Shown: positions 28,001 through 36,511 of the stretch, one piece after another
Position numbering within the stretch: position 1 is the first letter of the stretch
Layout of the letters: every line of letters begins with the position of its first letter
Source of the DNA: an uncultured Bifidobacterium sp.
GTDB taxonomy: Bacteria; Actinomycetota; Acidimicrobiia; Acidimicrobiales; Ilumatobacteraceae
Reading direction: 5' to 3'
Assembly (NCBI GenBank): GCA_964632715.1
Contig: CAZWCU010000005.1
Span: 1-43,301, forward strand
DNA: 43,301 nt
Translations under genes and position numbers: made by a program
Notes under the pieces: model-generated
What the model saw: only the letters and a program-made list of their open reading frames with translations
What the model was told of the DNA's origin: nothing
The model's database searches: none

Positions 28001-28896
28001 GCGCCGAGCTCGCCGCCGGGCTCGACCCGGGCGCCGCGATCGTGCCGGTGGCCAAGCAGCCGGGTCTGTGGCGCAGCGCGATGCGGCTGTGGCGCACGCG
28101 CATCGGGTTGGCGCTGGTGGTGCTGCTGGTCGGCGTCGCCATCATCGGACCGATCGTCGCGCCGTACGGCCCGGCCGAGTTCGTCGGCACCGCCAACCTG
28201 CGCCACGTGGAGGGAACCTGGCTGGGCACCGACTACTTCGGTCAGGACGTGTGGTCGCGGTTCCTGCACGGTGGCCGGTCGATCCTGTTCCTCGCCACGG
28301 TCGCCACCGCGATCGGCTTCTTCTTCGGCGCCGCGATCGGACTGGTCGCCGCCTACAACCGCGGTCGCCTCGACGACGTGCTGATGCGCCTGATGGACAT
28401 CCTGCTCGCGTTCCCGCAGCTGCTGCTCGCACTCGTCGCGCTCACCACCGTCGGGCCGCAGCCGTGGCTGATCATCAGCATCGTCGGCTTCACCACCATC
28501 CCGCGCATCGCCCGCATCACCCGCGGCGCCACCGTCTCGGTGGTGGAACGCGACTTCATCGGCGCCGCCGAGGCACTTGGCGAATCGAAGTTCCGCATCA
28601 TCACTCGCGAGCTGCTGCCCAACGTCACCGGCCCGCTGCTGGTGGAGGCCAACCTGCGCCTCACGTACTCGATCGCGATCATTGCCGGCCTCGGCTTCCT
28701 CGGCTTCGCCACCGAACGCAACGCAGCCGACTGGGGACTGATGGTGCAGGAGAACCGAGTCGCACTGTCCGTGCAACCGTGGGGCACGGTGCTGCCGGCC
28801 ATCGCCATCGCGTTGCTCACCATCGGCACCGGGCTGATCACCGACGGGTTGGCGCGCACCGTCGCCGGCATCGACCGCGGGCGGCCCGACGCATGA
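27997..28896 (+). CDS. ABC transporter permease (DppC/OppC-like)
   Basis: GTG 27997 overlaps the upstream stop (GTGA). 299 aa. Motifs WLGTDYFGQDVWSRF and FIGAAEALGESKFRIITRELLPN are typical of DppC. Confidence 0.85.
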   Translation: MSAELAAGLDPGAAIVPVAKQPGLWRSAMRLWRTRIGLALVVLLVGVAIIGPIVAPYGPAEFVGTANLRHVEGTWLGTDYFGQDVWSRFLHGGRSILFLATVATAIGFFFGAAIGLVAAYNRGRLDDVLMRLMDILLAFPQLLLALVALTTVGPQPWLIISIVGFTTIPRIARITRGATVSVVERDFIGAAEALGESKFRIITRELLPNVTGPLLVEANLRLTYSIAIIAGLGFLGFATERNAADWGLMVQENRVALSVQPWGTVLPAIAIALLTIGTGLITDGLARTVAGIDRGRPDA

Positions 28897-30674
28897 GCGA
28901 GCAGGCAGTGGCCCTCACCATCCGCAACCTGCGGCTCGACGTGGCCCAGAACGGGCACGACATCGTCGACGAGATCACGCTCACGATCGCCCGCGGCGAG
29001 GTGTTCGGTCTGGTCGGCGAGAGCGGCTCGGGCAAGACCACGGTCGGTCTCGCCGTGCTCGGCCACGCGCGCAAGGGCGTCGCCATCCACTCCGGTTCCA
29101 TCCTCATCGAGGGCAGCAACTTGCTCGAGCTGGAAGGCAGGGCGATGCGCACCGCCCGCGGCCGCCTGGTGAGCTACGTGCCGCAGGACCCGGGCACCGC
29201 ACTGAACCCTGCACTGCGCATCGGCGCACAGGTGATGGAGGTGCTGCAGACCCACGGGTTCGGCGCCGACAAGGCCGAGCGCCGAGCTCGCGTGCAGGAG
29301 GTGTTCAGCGACGTGCTGCTGCCCTCGACACCCGAGTTCCTGCGGCGCTACCCGCACCAGCTGTCGGGTGGTCAGCAGCAACGCGTCGGCCTCGCGATGG
29401 CGTTCGCCACCCGCCCCGCCGTCATCGTGCTCGACGAGCCGACCACCGGGCTCGACGTGAGCACGCAGGCGCACGTGCTCGAGACCGTCCGCACACTCGC
29501 CGCCAAGCACGGAGTGGCCGCGCTCTACGTCACGCACGACCTCGCCGTGGTCGCATCGCTCGCCGATCGAGTCGGCGTGATGTACGCCGGACGCATCGTG
29601 GAGCAGGGCGCCACCGCCGAGATCTTCGCCAACCCCGCGCACCCGTACACGCGCTACCTGGTGGCGGCCGCGCCGGAGATGGGCAGCGACCGCCAGCTGG
29701 TCGGCCTCAGCGGCCGAGCGCCGTCGCCCGGCAAGCGGCCCACGGGGTGCGCGTTCGCGCTGCGGTGCGAGGTGGCCACCGCCGGGTGCCACGAGTCGTT
29801 CCCTGCGGTCACCACCGTCGGCACCGCACACGAGGTTCGCTGCTTCCACGCGTTCGCCGTGCCCGACCGCACCGCCCAGCGCGGTGCAGCCGCCGCCGGC
29901 AACCAGGCGTCGGCCGACGTGGCGCTCAGCCTGCGCGCGGTGAATGCGTCGTACACCGGCCACCAGGTGGTGCACGACGCGTCGTTCGACATCGCCCGCG
30001 GCGAGTGCGTCGCACTCGTCGGCGAGTCGGGGTCCGGCAAGAGCACGCTGTCGCGCTCGATCGGCGGCCTGCACCGCGAGTGGACCGGCGACATCCTGCT
30101 CGGCGGCTCCCCGCTGGCCCGCTCGTCGCGCGACCGCCCGGTGCAGCAGCGGCTCAGCATCCAGTACGTGTTCCAGAACCCGTACAGCTCGCTGCACCCA
30201 CGTCGCTCCGTCGCCGACTCCATCGCGCGGCCACTGGCCATCGCCGGCGTCGACGCGCACCTCATCGGCTGCGAGGTCGACCGCATGCTCGAGCGCGTGT
30301 CGCTCAACGCCAGTTACGGCAGTCGCTTCCCCGACCAGCTGTCGGGCGGCGAGCGGCAGCGCGTGGCCATCGCCCGCGCACTGGTGAGCAAGCCGGAGGT
30401 GCTCATCTGCGACGAGGTCACGTCTGCGCTCGACGTGCTGGTGCAGGCCACCATCATCGAGCTGCTCGTCGACCTCCAGCGCGACCTGGGTCTCGCGATG
30501 CTGTTCGTCACGCACAACCTGCCGCTGGTGCGGTCCATCGCACAGCGGGTGGCGGTGATGGCCGACGGTCAGATCGTCGAGCTCGGCACCGCCGCCGACA
30601 CGCTCAGCGACCCGCAGCAGGAGTACACCAAGCGACTGCTGGCCGACACGCCGTCCATCCCCGAGTTCCGCTGA
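28893..30674 (+). CDS. Fused double ATP-binding-cassette protein (DppD-DppF fusion)
   Basis: The ATG overlaps the upstream stop (ATGA). 593 aa. Two complete cassettes are present: GESGSGKTT / LSGGQQQRVGLAMA / VLDEPTTGLD, and GESGSGKST / LSGGERQRVAIARA / LICDEVTSALD. Confidence 0.9.
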   Translation: MSEQAVALTIRNLRLDVAQNGHDIVDEITLTIARGEVFGLVGESGSGKTTVGLAVLGHARKGVAIHSGSILIEGSNLLELEGRAMRTARGRLVSYVPQDPGTALNPALRIGAQVMEVLQTHGFGADKAERRARVQEVFSDVLLPSTPEFLRRYPHQLSGGQQQRVGLAMAFATRPAVIVLDEPTTGLDVSTQAHVLETVRTLAAKHGVAALYVTHDLAVVASLADRVGVMYAGRIVEQGATAEIFANPAHPYTRYLVAAAPEMGSDRQLVGLSGRAPSPGKRPTGCAFALRCEVATAGCHESFPAVTTVGTAHEVRCFHAFAVPDRTAQRGAAAAGNQASADVALSLRAVNASYTGHQVVHDASFDIARGECVALVGESGSGKSTLSRSIGGLHREWTGDILLGGSPLARSSRDRPVQQRLSIQYVFQNPYSSLHPRRSVADSIARPLAIAGVDAHLIGCEVDRMLERVSLNASYGSRFPDQLSGGERQRVAIARALVSKPEVLICDEVTSALDVLVQATIIELLVDLQRDLGLAMLFVTHNLPLVRSIAQRVAVMADGQIVELGTAADTLSDPQQEYTKRLLADTPSIPEFR

Positions 30675-31810
30675 TGCCGGCGATCGCGAACGTCGCTGCC
30701 GGTCCGCGCACGGTCACGGTCACCTGGTCCGACGGTTCCAGACCATCGGAGTTCCATCACCTGTGGCTGCGCGACAACTGTGCCTGCGCCGCCTGCCGGC
30801 ACGTAGACACATGGGAGCGCACGCTCGACACCTACGCGGTGCCGTTCGACCTCACCGCCGGCGAGGTGTCGTCCACGGCCGACGAGCTGGTCGTCGAGTG
30901 GCCCGATGCGCACGTCAGCCGGTTCGCCGCCGAATGGCTCCACGCACATCGCGTGGGCGGCAACAGCGACCCGCTCGTGCCGATTCAGGCGCCGTGGGAT
31001 GCCTCGCTGCAGCAACGACTCCCGGAGGTGGCGTACGACGACGTGCTCGCCGGCGACATGAAGAGCAGCGACGGGTTGCGTCGGTTCGTGCGTTCCGTCT
31101 GGACTCACGGCGTCACGTTCGTGCGCGGCACGCCGGGCACGCAGGACGCGCTGCTGGCCCTGGCGAGACGGGTCGGCCACTTACGCGAGACGAACTTCGG
31201 CCTCGACTGGCACGTGGAGGCGAAGCCGCAACCGAACAACGTCGCGTACACCGCCATCGAGCTGCAGCTGCACACCGATCTCCCCAACCGGGAAGCGCCA
31301 CCGGGCATCCAGTTCCTGCACTGCCTCGCGGCCGACGCGCCCGGCGGCGACTCGACGCTGGCCGACGGCCTGTGGGTCGCCGAGCAGATCCGGCACACGC
31401 ACCCCGACGCGTTCGCGCTGCTGTCGACGGTGCCCATCGGTTACCGCTTCCACGACCGCGACCACGATCTGCGCTGGCGCGCGCCCGTCATCGGCCTCAC
31501 CGACGACAGCGCGGTGCGGGAAGTGCGGTTTCACACCGCGTTGCGCGAGCCGCTCGACGTCGCCAACGCGCTGATGGAGCCGATGCACCGCGCGCTGCAC
31601 GCGTTCGAGGAGCTGTGCCGCAGCGAGCGAGCGCGAGTGACCGTGCACCTGCAGCCCGGCGACGTGATGGTGTTCCACAACCGGCGCGTGCTGCACGGCC
31701 GCACCGCGTTCGACCCCGGCGGCGGTCGACGCTCGCTCCACGGCGCCTACGTCGACGTGGACGAATGGCTCAGCCGCATCCGCATGCTCGGTACCTCGGA
31801 GGACACATGA
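30674..31810 (+). CDS. Fe(II)/2-oxoglutarate dioxygenase of the gamma-butyrobetaine hydroxylase / TauD family, with an N-terminal DUF971 zinc domain
   Basis: The ATG shares one nt with the upstream stop (TGATG). 378 aa. The N-terminal motif LWLRDNCACAACRH is the BBOX-type Cys3His module. Iron triad: LQLHTDL (HxD) plus the distal FHNRRVLHGR. Confidence 0.8.
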   Translation: MPAIANVAAGPRTVTVTWSDGSRPSEFHHLWLRDNCACAACRHVDTWERTLDTYAVPFDLTAGEVSSTADELVVEWPDAHVSRFAAEWLHAHRVGGNSDPLVPIQAPWDASLQQRLPEVAYDDVLAGDMKSSDGLRRFVRSVWTHGVTFVRGTPGTQDALLALARRVGHLRETNFGLDWHVEAKPQPNNVAYTAIELQLHTDLPNREAPPGIQFLHCLAADAPGGDSTLADGLWVAEQIRHTHPDAFALLSTVPIGYRFHDRDHDLRWRAPVIGLTDDSAVREVRFHTALREPLDVANALMEPMHRALHAFEELCRSERARVTVHLQPGDVMVFHNRRVLHGRTAFDPGGGRRSLHGAYVDVDEWLSRIRMLGTSEDT

Positions 31811-33039
31811 ACCACGATCCAGTCGCCGCCGGCTTCGACGCGACTCGACTCGACCGCATCGCCGCACACCTGCAGCGCCACTACGTGGACCCGGGCAAGA
31901 TCGCCGGCTGCCAGGTGGCGGTCGGGCGGCGTGGGCACCTCGCGTACGCAGCCTCGCTCGGGCTGCGCCACCGCGAGCGGCAGGTGCCGATCGGCGACGA
32001 CACCATCTTCCGCATCTACTCGATGACCAAGCCGCTCACCTCCATCGCGTTGATGCAGCTGTTCGAGCAGGGCATGTTCCAGCTCGACGACCCCGTCGCC
32101 CGCTTCTTCCCCTCGTGGCGCGAGCACCGAGTGTGGGTCTCGGGCGCGGGCGACGAGATGGTCACCGAGCCCGCGCACCGGCCGGTGTCGTTCCGCGACC
32201 TGCTCTCCCACACCAGCGGGCTCACCTACGGCGGCGTGCTGCCCGGCATGGGCGACCAGCATCCGGTCGATGTGGTCTACCGCTCGCTGAAGATCCGCAG
32301 CGCGGGCGTGCAGTCGACGATGACGGAGTTCATGGAGAAGCTGGCGCATGTGCCGCTGCGCTTCCAACCCGGCACCGCGTACATGTACTCGCTGGCCACC
32401 GATGCCTGCGGCGCGCTGGTCGAGCGCATCTCCGGCGTGCCCTTCGCCGAGTACCTGCAGCAGCACATCACCGGTCCGCTCGGCATGGTCGACACGTCGT
32501 TCCAGGTGGCGCCCTCCGAGTTGCCCCGGTTCGCCGCGAACTACGCGCGCAACCCCGACAAGACCACCACCCTGCTCGACGATCCGGCCACCAGCGCGTT
32601 CACGCGGCCGCCCACGTTCGTCTCCGGTGGCGGCGGACTCACCGGCACGATGGCCGACTCACTCCGGTTCTGCGAGCTGCTGCGCCGCGGTGGCGCGCCC
32701 GACGGCCACCGCATCATCGGGCCACGCCCGCACGCACTGATTCCCATGAACCACCCGCCCGGCGGCGGCGACCTGGCGACCCACGACGTCGACCTGTTGA
32801 CGCAGTACGGCAACGTCGGCGTCGGGTTCGGCCTGGGCTTCGCCTCCACCATCGACCAGGTGGCCACCGGCGCGCTCACCCGCGGCGACTTCTACTGGGG
32901 CGGAGCCGCCTCCACCGTGTTCTGGGTCGACGCGGTCGAGGACATGTGGGTGGTGTTCATGACCCAGCTGATGCCGTCGATGTCGTTCGACTTCCGTGGT
33001 CAGCTGCGCAGCCTGGTCTACAGCGCCATCGTCGACTGA
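31807..33039 (+). CDS. Serine hydrolase, beta-lactamase / transpeptidase fold (class C / EstB-like)
   Basis: The ATG overlaps the upstream stop (ATGA). 410 aa. SxxK nucleophile motif IYSMTKPLTS. YMYSLATD region. C-terminal YWGGAASTVFWVDAVEDMWVVFMTQ is typical of the family. I see no signal peptide, so it is probably cytoplasmic. Confidence 0.85.
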   Translation: MNHDPVAAGFDATRLDRIAAHLQRHYVDPGKIAGCQVAVGRRGHLAYAASLGLRHRERQVPIGDDTIFRIYSMTKPLTSIALMQLFEQGMFQLDDPVARFFPSWREHRVWVSGAGDEMVTEPAHRPVSFRDLLSHTSGLTYGGVLPGMGDQHPVDVVYRSLKIRSAGVQSTMTEFMEKLAHVPLRFQPGTAYMYSLATDACGALVERISGVPFAEYLQQHITGPLGMVDTSFQVAPSELPRFAANYARNPDKTTTLLDDPATSAFTRPPTFVSGGGGLTGTMADSLRFCELLRRGGAPDGHRIIGPRPHALIPMNHPPGGGDLATHDVDLLTQYGNVGVGFGLGFASTIDQVATGALTRGDFYWGGAASTVFWVDAVEDMWVVFMTQLMPSMSFDFRGQLRSLVYSAIVD

Positions 33040-33059
33040 GGCGGCATACAGTTCGGGCC

Positions 33060-34016
33060 ATGCGCCCGTCCATCGGCATGTGCTTCGACCGCTCGTACCC
33101 GCCGCCGGCCATCGCCGAGTTCGCGACACGGTTGGAGACCGGTGGGGTCGACCAGCTGTGGGTGATCGAAGACTGCTTCTACACCGCCGGCATCTCGCTG
33201 GCGGCCACGGCGCTGGCCCTCACGGAGCGCCTGCAGGTGGGCCTCGGCATCCTGCCGGCGGTGGCGCGCAACCCGGCCATCACCGCGATGGAGCTGGCCA
33301 CGCTGGCCAACCTGGCACCGGGCCGGCTGATCGCCGGCATCGGCCACGGGGTGCAGAGCTGGATGGAGCAGATGGGTGCGCGCACTCCGAGCCCGCTCAC
33401 CACCCTGGAGGAAGTGATCACCGTCGTGCGGCGACTGTTGCGCGGCGAGGAGGTCACGTTCCACGGTCGCGAAGTGCATCTCGACGGCGTACGGCTCGAC
33501 CAGCCGCCCGTCGAAGTTCCGCCGGTGTGCGCCGGCGTACGCGGCCCGAAGTCGATGGCGATGGCAGGTCGGGTGGCCGACGGGGTGGTGCTCGCCGAAG
33601 GCGCAGGCCCGGCGTACGTACGCGCCGCGCTGCAGCAGGCCTCACCGGCCGGCCCGTTCCGGGTGAGCGTGTTCAGCGCACTGTGCATCGAGGCCGACCG
33701 ACGCACGGCGTACGAGTGGATGGCACCCGTGGTGGCCGGTTGGCTGGGCTCGCCGAACCCGGCCATCGACGCGCACAGCCATGCCGACGAGTTGCGCGCC
33801 CGCTTCGCCGACGGCGGTGCCGACGCACTGGTCTCGATGCCTCGCGAGTGGTGGCTGCAGCTGGGCGCGATCGGCACGTTCGACGACGCGGTCGAGCACG
33901 TCACGGCGCTCGCCGATGCCGGCGCGCACGATGTGGCGCTGTTCCCCGCCCCGGACCTGGAGGTGGCACGCGGTCAGATCGACGATGTGACACGGCTGGC
34001 CGCCGCCGTGTCCTGA
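33060..34016 (+). CDS. Luciferase-like monooxygenase (LLM) family oxidoreductase, probably F420- or FMN-dependent
   Basis: 318 aa. FATRLETGGVDQLWVIEDCFY...GLGILPAVARNPAITAMELATLANLAPGRLIAGIGHG is typical of LLM TIM-barrel proteins. It starts 20 nt after the hydrolase stop. Confidence 0.8.
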   Translation: MRPSIGMCFDRSYPPPAIAEFATRLETGGVDQLWVIEDCFYTAGISLAATALALTERLQVGLGILPAVARNPAITAMELATLANLAPGRLIAGIGHGVQSWMEQMGARTPSPLTTLEEVITVVRRLLRGEEVTFHGREVHLDGVRLDQPPVEVPPVCAGVRGPKSMAMAGRVADGVVLAEGAGPAYVRAALQQASPAGPFRVSVFSALCIEADRRTAYEWMAPVVAGWLGSPNPAIDAHSHADELRARFADGGADALVSMPREWWLQLGAIGTFDDAVEHVTALADAGAHDVALFPAPDLEVARGQIDDVTRLAAAVS

Positions 34017-34039
34017 GACGCTCGTCTAGGGTTCGCGCG

Positions 34040-34267
34040 ATGAGCATGATCCCGGGATCGGAGCTGGGCAACCTCGGCGCGGCGTCGTCGGCGCAGGCGC
34101 AGCAGTTCCACGACGCCGCGATGCGCTCCGGCGCCGAGCACCTGCGCGTGTCGTACGACGCGCTCCCGCATCACAGCCATCGCCGGCGCCTCGTCGCGGC
34201 GGCCGCAGTGGTGGCGTTCCTGGCCGTCGTCGGGGTCGCCGTCGTCGCGCTGGTCGGCATCGGCTGA
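34040..34267 (+). CDS. Small hypothetical protein with a C-terminal TM anchor
   Basis: 75-aa ORF, MSMIPGSELGNL...RRRLVAAAAVVAFLAVVGVAVVALVGIG. G/C-dominated third positions are consistent with coding. No recognisable family and no clear RBS. Confidence 0.3.
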   Translation: MSMIPGSELGNLGAASSAQAQQFHDAAMRSGAEHLRVSYDALPHHSHRRRLVAAAAVVAFLAVVGVAVVALVGIG

Positions 34268-34289
34268 CGCTCACTCGCCGGCGGCGCGG

Positions 34290-34499
34290 CTACCGAGTGA
34301 CGAGGGCCGCCAGCGCGGCGACCGCCACCACCAGGCCGAGCGCGGCCATCGCCAGGCTGCGAGCGCGGGGCGCCTGTTCGAGGTCGGTGTCGGCTCTCGG
34401 GGCCTCGGGCGGGCGGATGACGGCCATCAGGTTGCCCGCGAACAGCGCGCCACCGAGTGCGAGCAACAACCAGACGATGAGGTCCTTACCGAAGAACAT
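34290..34499 (-). CDS. Small hypothetical two-TM membrane protein
   Basis: 69-aa ORF, MFFGKDLIVWLLLALGGALFAGNLMAVIRPP...AMAALGLVVAVAALAALVTR. Two clear hydrophobic helices. The rest of the 292-aa track ORF is antisense to the VOC gene and was rejected. Confidence 0.4.
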   Translation of the reverse strand: MFFGKDLIVWLLLALGGALFAGNLMAVIRPPEAPRADTDLEQAPRARSLAMAALGLVVAVAALAALVTR

Positions 34500-34556
34500 G
34501 CGCACAGTGTGCCGTTCGGTGCGAGCCGGGTTGCGCGTCGGCGCGAGAATTCCGCG

Positions 34557-35126
34557 ATGGGCTTCCACCACGTTGCACTTGCCACCCGCGATGCCGCCGA
34601 GACGCACCGCTTCTACACCGAAGTGATGGGCTTCCACCTGGTGAAGGTGGTGGCCACGCCCACGCCTCCCAACGCCGAGGGCGTCAGCACCGGGTTCAGC
34701 AAGCACTTCTTCTACGCCACCGACGAGTCGCCCAACGGCGAGACCGGCATGATGGCGTTCTGGGAGATCCACGACCCGGCCATCGGCAGCGACTTCCCGG
34801 TCGACGTCAACGTGTCGCACGGCCTGCCGGTGTGGGTGAACCACATCGCGTTCGACGCGCCGTCGATGGACGAACTGCACCGCCACCGCGATCGCTGGCG
34901 CAGCCACGGGCACACCGTGCTCGAGGTGGACCACGAGTTCTGCGTGAGCATCTACATCACCGACCCGAGCGGCAACATGGTGGAGTTCTGTCACAGCACG
35001 CGACCGTTCACCGACGACGAGCGCGCGCACGCCGCCGCCACGGTGAGCAACCCGGCACCCGAGCTGGAGACCGACCCGCCGACGATCAGCGTGTGGAAGC
35101 CGCTCGTCGACCAACCCGTCGGCTGA
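34557..35126 (+). CDS. VOC-family (glyoxalase/dioxygenase fold) protein
   Basis: 189 aa from ATG 34557. MGFHHVALATRDAAETHRFYTEVMGFHLV and VNHIAFDAPSMDEL...ITDPSGNMVEF form two beta-alpha-beta-beta-beta modules with His/Glu metal ligands. Confidence 0.8.
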   Translation: MGFHHVALATRDAAETHRFYTEVMGFHLVKVVATPTPPNAEGVSTGFSKHFFYATDESPNGETGMMAFWEIHDPAIGSDFPVDVNVSHGLPVWVNHIAFDAPSMDELHRHRDRWRSHGHTVLEVDHEFCVSIYITDPSGNMVEFCHSTRPFTDDERAHAAATVSNPAPELETDPPTISVWKPLVDQPVG

Positions 35127-35154
35127 CCATGTCGCCGGCCGGCCGCGCCGCCCG

Positions 35155-35197
35155 CCGTTCAGTGACATGGCCGTTCAGTGACATGGCCGTTTCAGTG
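35155..35197. repeat. 16-bp perfect tandem duplication plus a partial third copy, overlapping the M56 gene stop codon
   Basis: CCGTTCAGTGACATGG occurs at 35155-35170 and again at 35171-35186. CCGTTTCAGTG follows at 35187-35197. The third copy carries the real stop of the M56 gene (TCA 35192-35194 on the plus strand). Confidence 0.8.
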
Positions 35198-36067
35198 TCG
35201 ACAGATCTCGATCAGCAGCAGGCCGAGGTGGTGCAGCTGGTACGCCGCCAGCGCCATCGTGACGGCGATGGTGCCGTAGAGCGCCGCGCGATCCGAGCGA
35301 CGCGGCGCCGCCGGTTCCGGCCCCAGCAGTGCCGCCACCCTGCCGGGCACTCCGAGACCACCCACCGCCAGCGCGCCGGCCGGCGCCACGCGCCGCAGCG
35401 CCACCTTGCCCAGCGTGCGAGCGACGAACGCTCGGTCGCCGCAGACGCGCACCGCTGACTCGTCGGCCCACCGTTCCAGCGCGAACAGCACCCGCCGCGA
35501 CAGCGGGAGCAACACCGGCACCACGCTGACCGCCAGTTCGGAGGCCAGCATGAAGCGATCATGGCGGTGACGCACGTGCGCGCGTTCGTGAGCGATCACC
35601 ACCGACTGTTCGGCGTCGTCGAGCAGTGCCAGCAGCCCGCTCGACAGCACCACCTGGCCACCACGACCGGGCACCGTGTACGCGAAAGGTGCGTCGTGCA
35701 CCACGACCTCCACGTCGCCGGCGTGGTGCGTGCAGAGCGAACGGTATGCGCGCAGCACGGCGCGCACCCTGAACAGCCCGATCACGCTGACGAGCAGCGC
35801 CGGCACGCCGAGCCAGGCCGAGATCGGTTGGTGGTGCCCGAACGGGTCGCCCCACCAGGTGACCGCGCCGCGCACCGGTGGCAGGTGTGCGACGAAGCCG
35901 GCGGCCACCAACCACACTGTCGGTGCAGCCGCGACGACCACCACCACGATCGTGACCAGCAGTGCGCGCGCGGCGAGCGCGGGCGGGAACCAGCGATGCG
36001 TGGAACCGACCACCGTGGCCAGCACCAGCGACAGCGCGAGCGGCACGAGCGCCGAGGTGACGGTCAT
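35192..36067 (-). CDS. M56-family (BlaR1-like) membrane zinc metallopeptidase without a sensor domain
   Basis: 291 aa from ATG 36067 (ATGA overlap with the repressor stop). Four or more TM helices. HExxH occurs as VVIAHERAHVRHRHD. There is no C-terminal penicillin-binding/transpeptidase-like sensor domain. Confidence 0.85.
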   Translation of the reverse strand: MTVTSALVPLALSLVLATVVGSTHRWFPPALAARALLVTIVVVVVAAAPTVWLVAAGFVAHLPPVRGAVTWWGDPFGHHQPISAWLGVPALLVSVIGLFRVRAVLRAYRSLCTHHAGDVEVVVHDAPFAYTVPGRGGQVVLSSGLLALLDDAEQSVVIAHERAHVRHRHDRFMLASELAVSVVPVLLPLSRRVLFALERWADESAVRVCGDRAFVARTLGKVALRRVAPAGALAVGGLGVPGRVAALLGPEPAAPRRSDRAALYGTIAVTMALAAYQLHHLGLLLIEICRH

Positions 36068-36420
36068 CGCGACGACTCGCCGAGCAGCGCGCGCAACGCC
36101 TTCGCTTCCTTCTTGGAGAGCGAGCCGACGAAGCCGACGAGCACTCCTGCACGATCGTTGGTGGACGACAGCACATCGGTCATCCGTTGCACCGCCCACT
36201 GCGCTTCGTCGATGGCCGCCTCGTAACCGAAAGCCCTGCCCGCCTCCAGCCGGCGGACGAGCCCCTTCGACTGCAGCCGTCCGAGCACGGTGGCAACGCT
36301 CGTGTACGCGAGTGGGTGGGGTAGCTGCTCGCGCACATCGCCCGGCGTGAGCGGCGCGGTGGCGGCCCACAACACTCGCATCACGTCGAGCTCGAGCGCT
36401 CCGTCAGCACGTTTTCCCAC
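36064..36420 (-). CDS. BlaI/MecI/CopY-family winged-helix transcriptional repressor
   Basis: 118 aa from GTG 36420, preceded by GGAGGTGGAGG. ELDVMRVLWAATAPLTPGDVREQL...YTSVATVLGRLQSKGLVRR is the family wHTH. The protein contains no cysteine. Confidence 0.85.
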   Translation of the reverse strand: MGKRADGALELDVMRVLWAATAPLTPGDVREQLPHPLAYTSVATVLGRLQSKGLVRRLEAGRAFGYEAAIDEAQWAVQRMTDVLSSTNDRAGVLVGFVGSLSKKEAKALRALLGESSR

Positions 36421-36469
36421 GCCTCCACCTCCAGGCGCACAGACTAACAACGACCACTGCACTACATTC

Positions 36470-36482
36470 CTACACGGTGTAG
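36470..36482. promoter_or_regulatory. Perfect 6-1-6 palindrome CTACAC-G-GTGTAG (candidate BlaI/CopY-type operator)
   Basis: It lies in the 91-bp divergent region, 30 nt upstream of the copCD ATG and 50 nt from the repressor GTG. It contains the TACA/TGTA dyad typical of this repressor family. An extra CTACA half-site lies just upstream (36462-36466). Confidence 0.6.
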
Positions 36483-36511
36483 TTGTCATCGGGCAGCACG
36501 CACGTTCCGCC

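Noticed and set aside
34502-34512. Perfect 11-bp palindrome GCACAGTGTGC upstream of the VOC gene, considered as a third BlaI-type box.
   Set aside because: The dyad register differs (CACA-G-TGTG versus TACAC-N-GTGTA) and the flanks are not shared with the two CTACACNGTGTAG sites. Short GC-containing palindromes are common by chance here.
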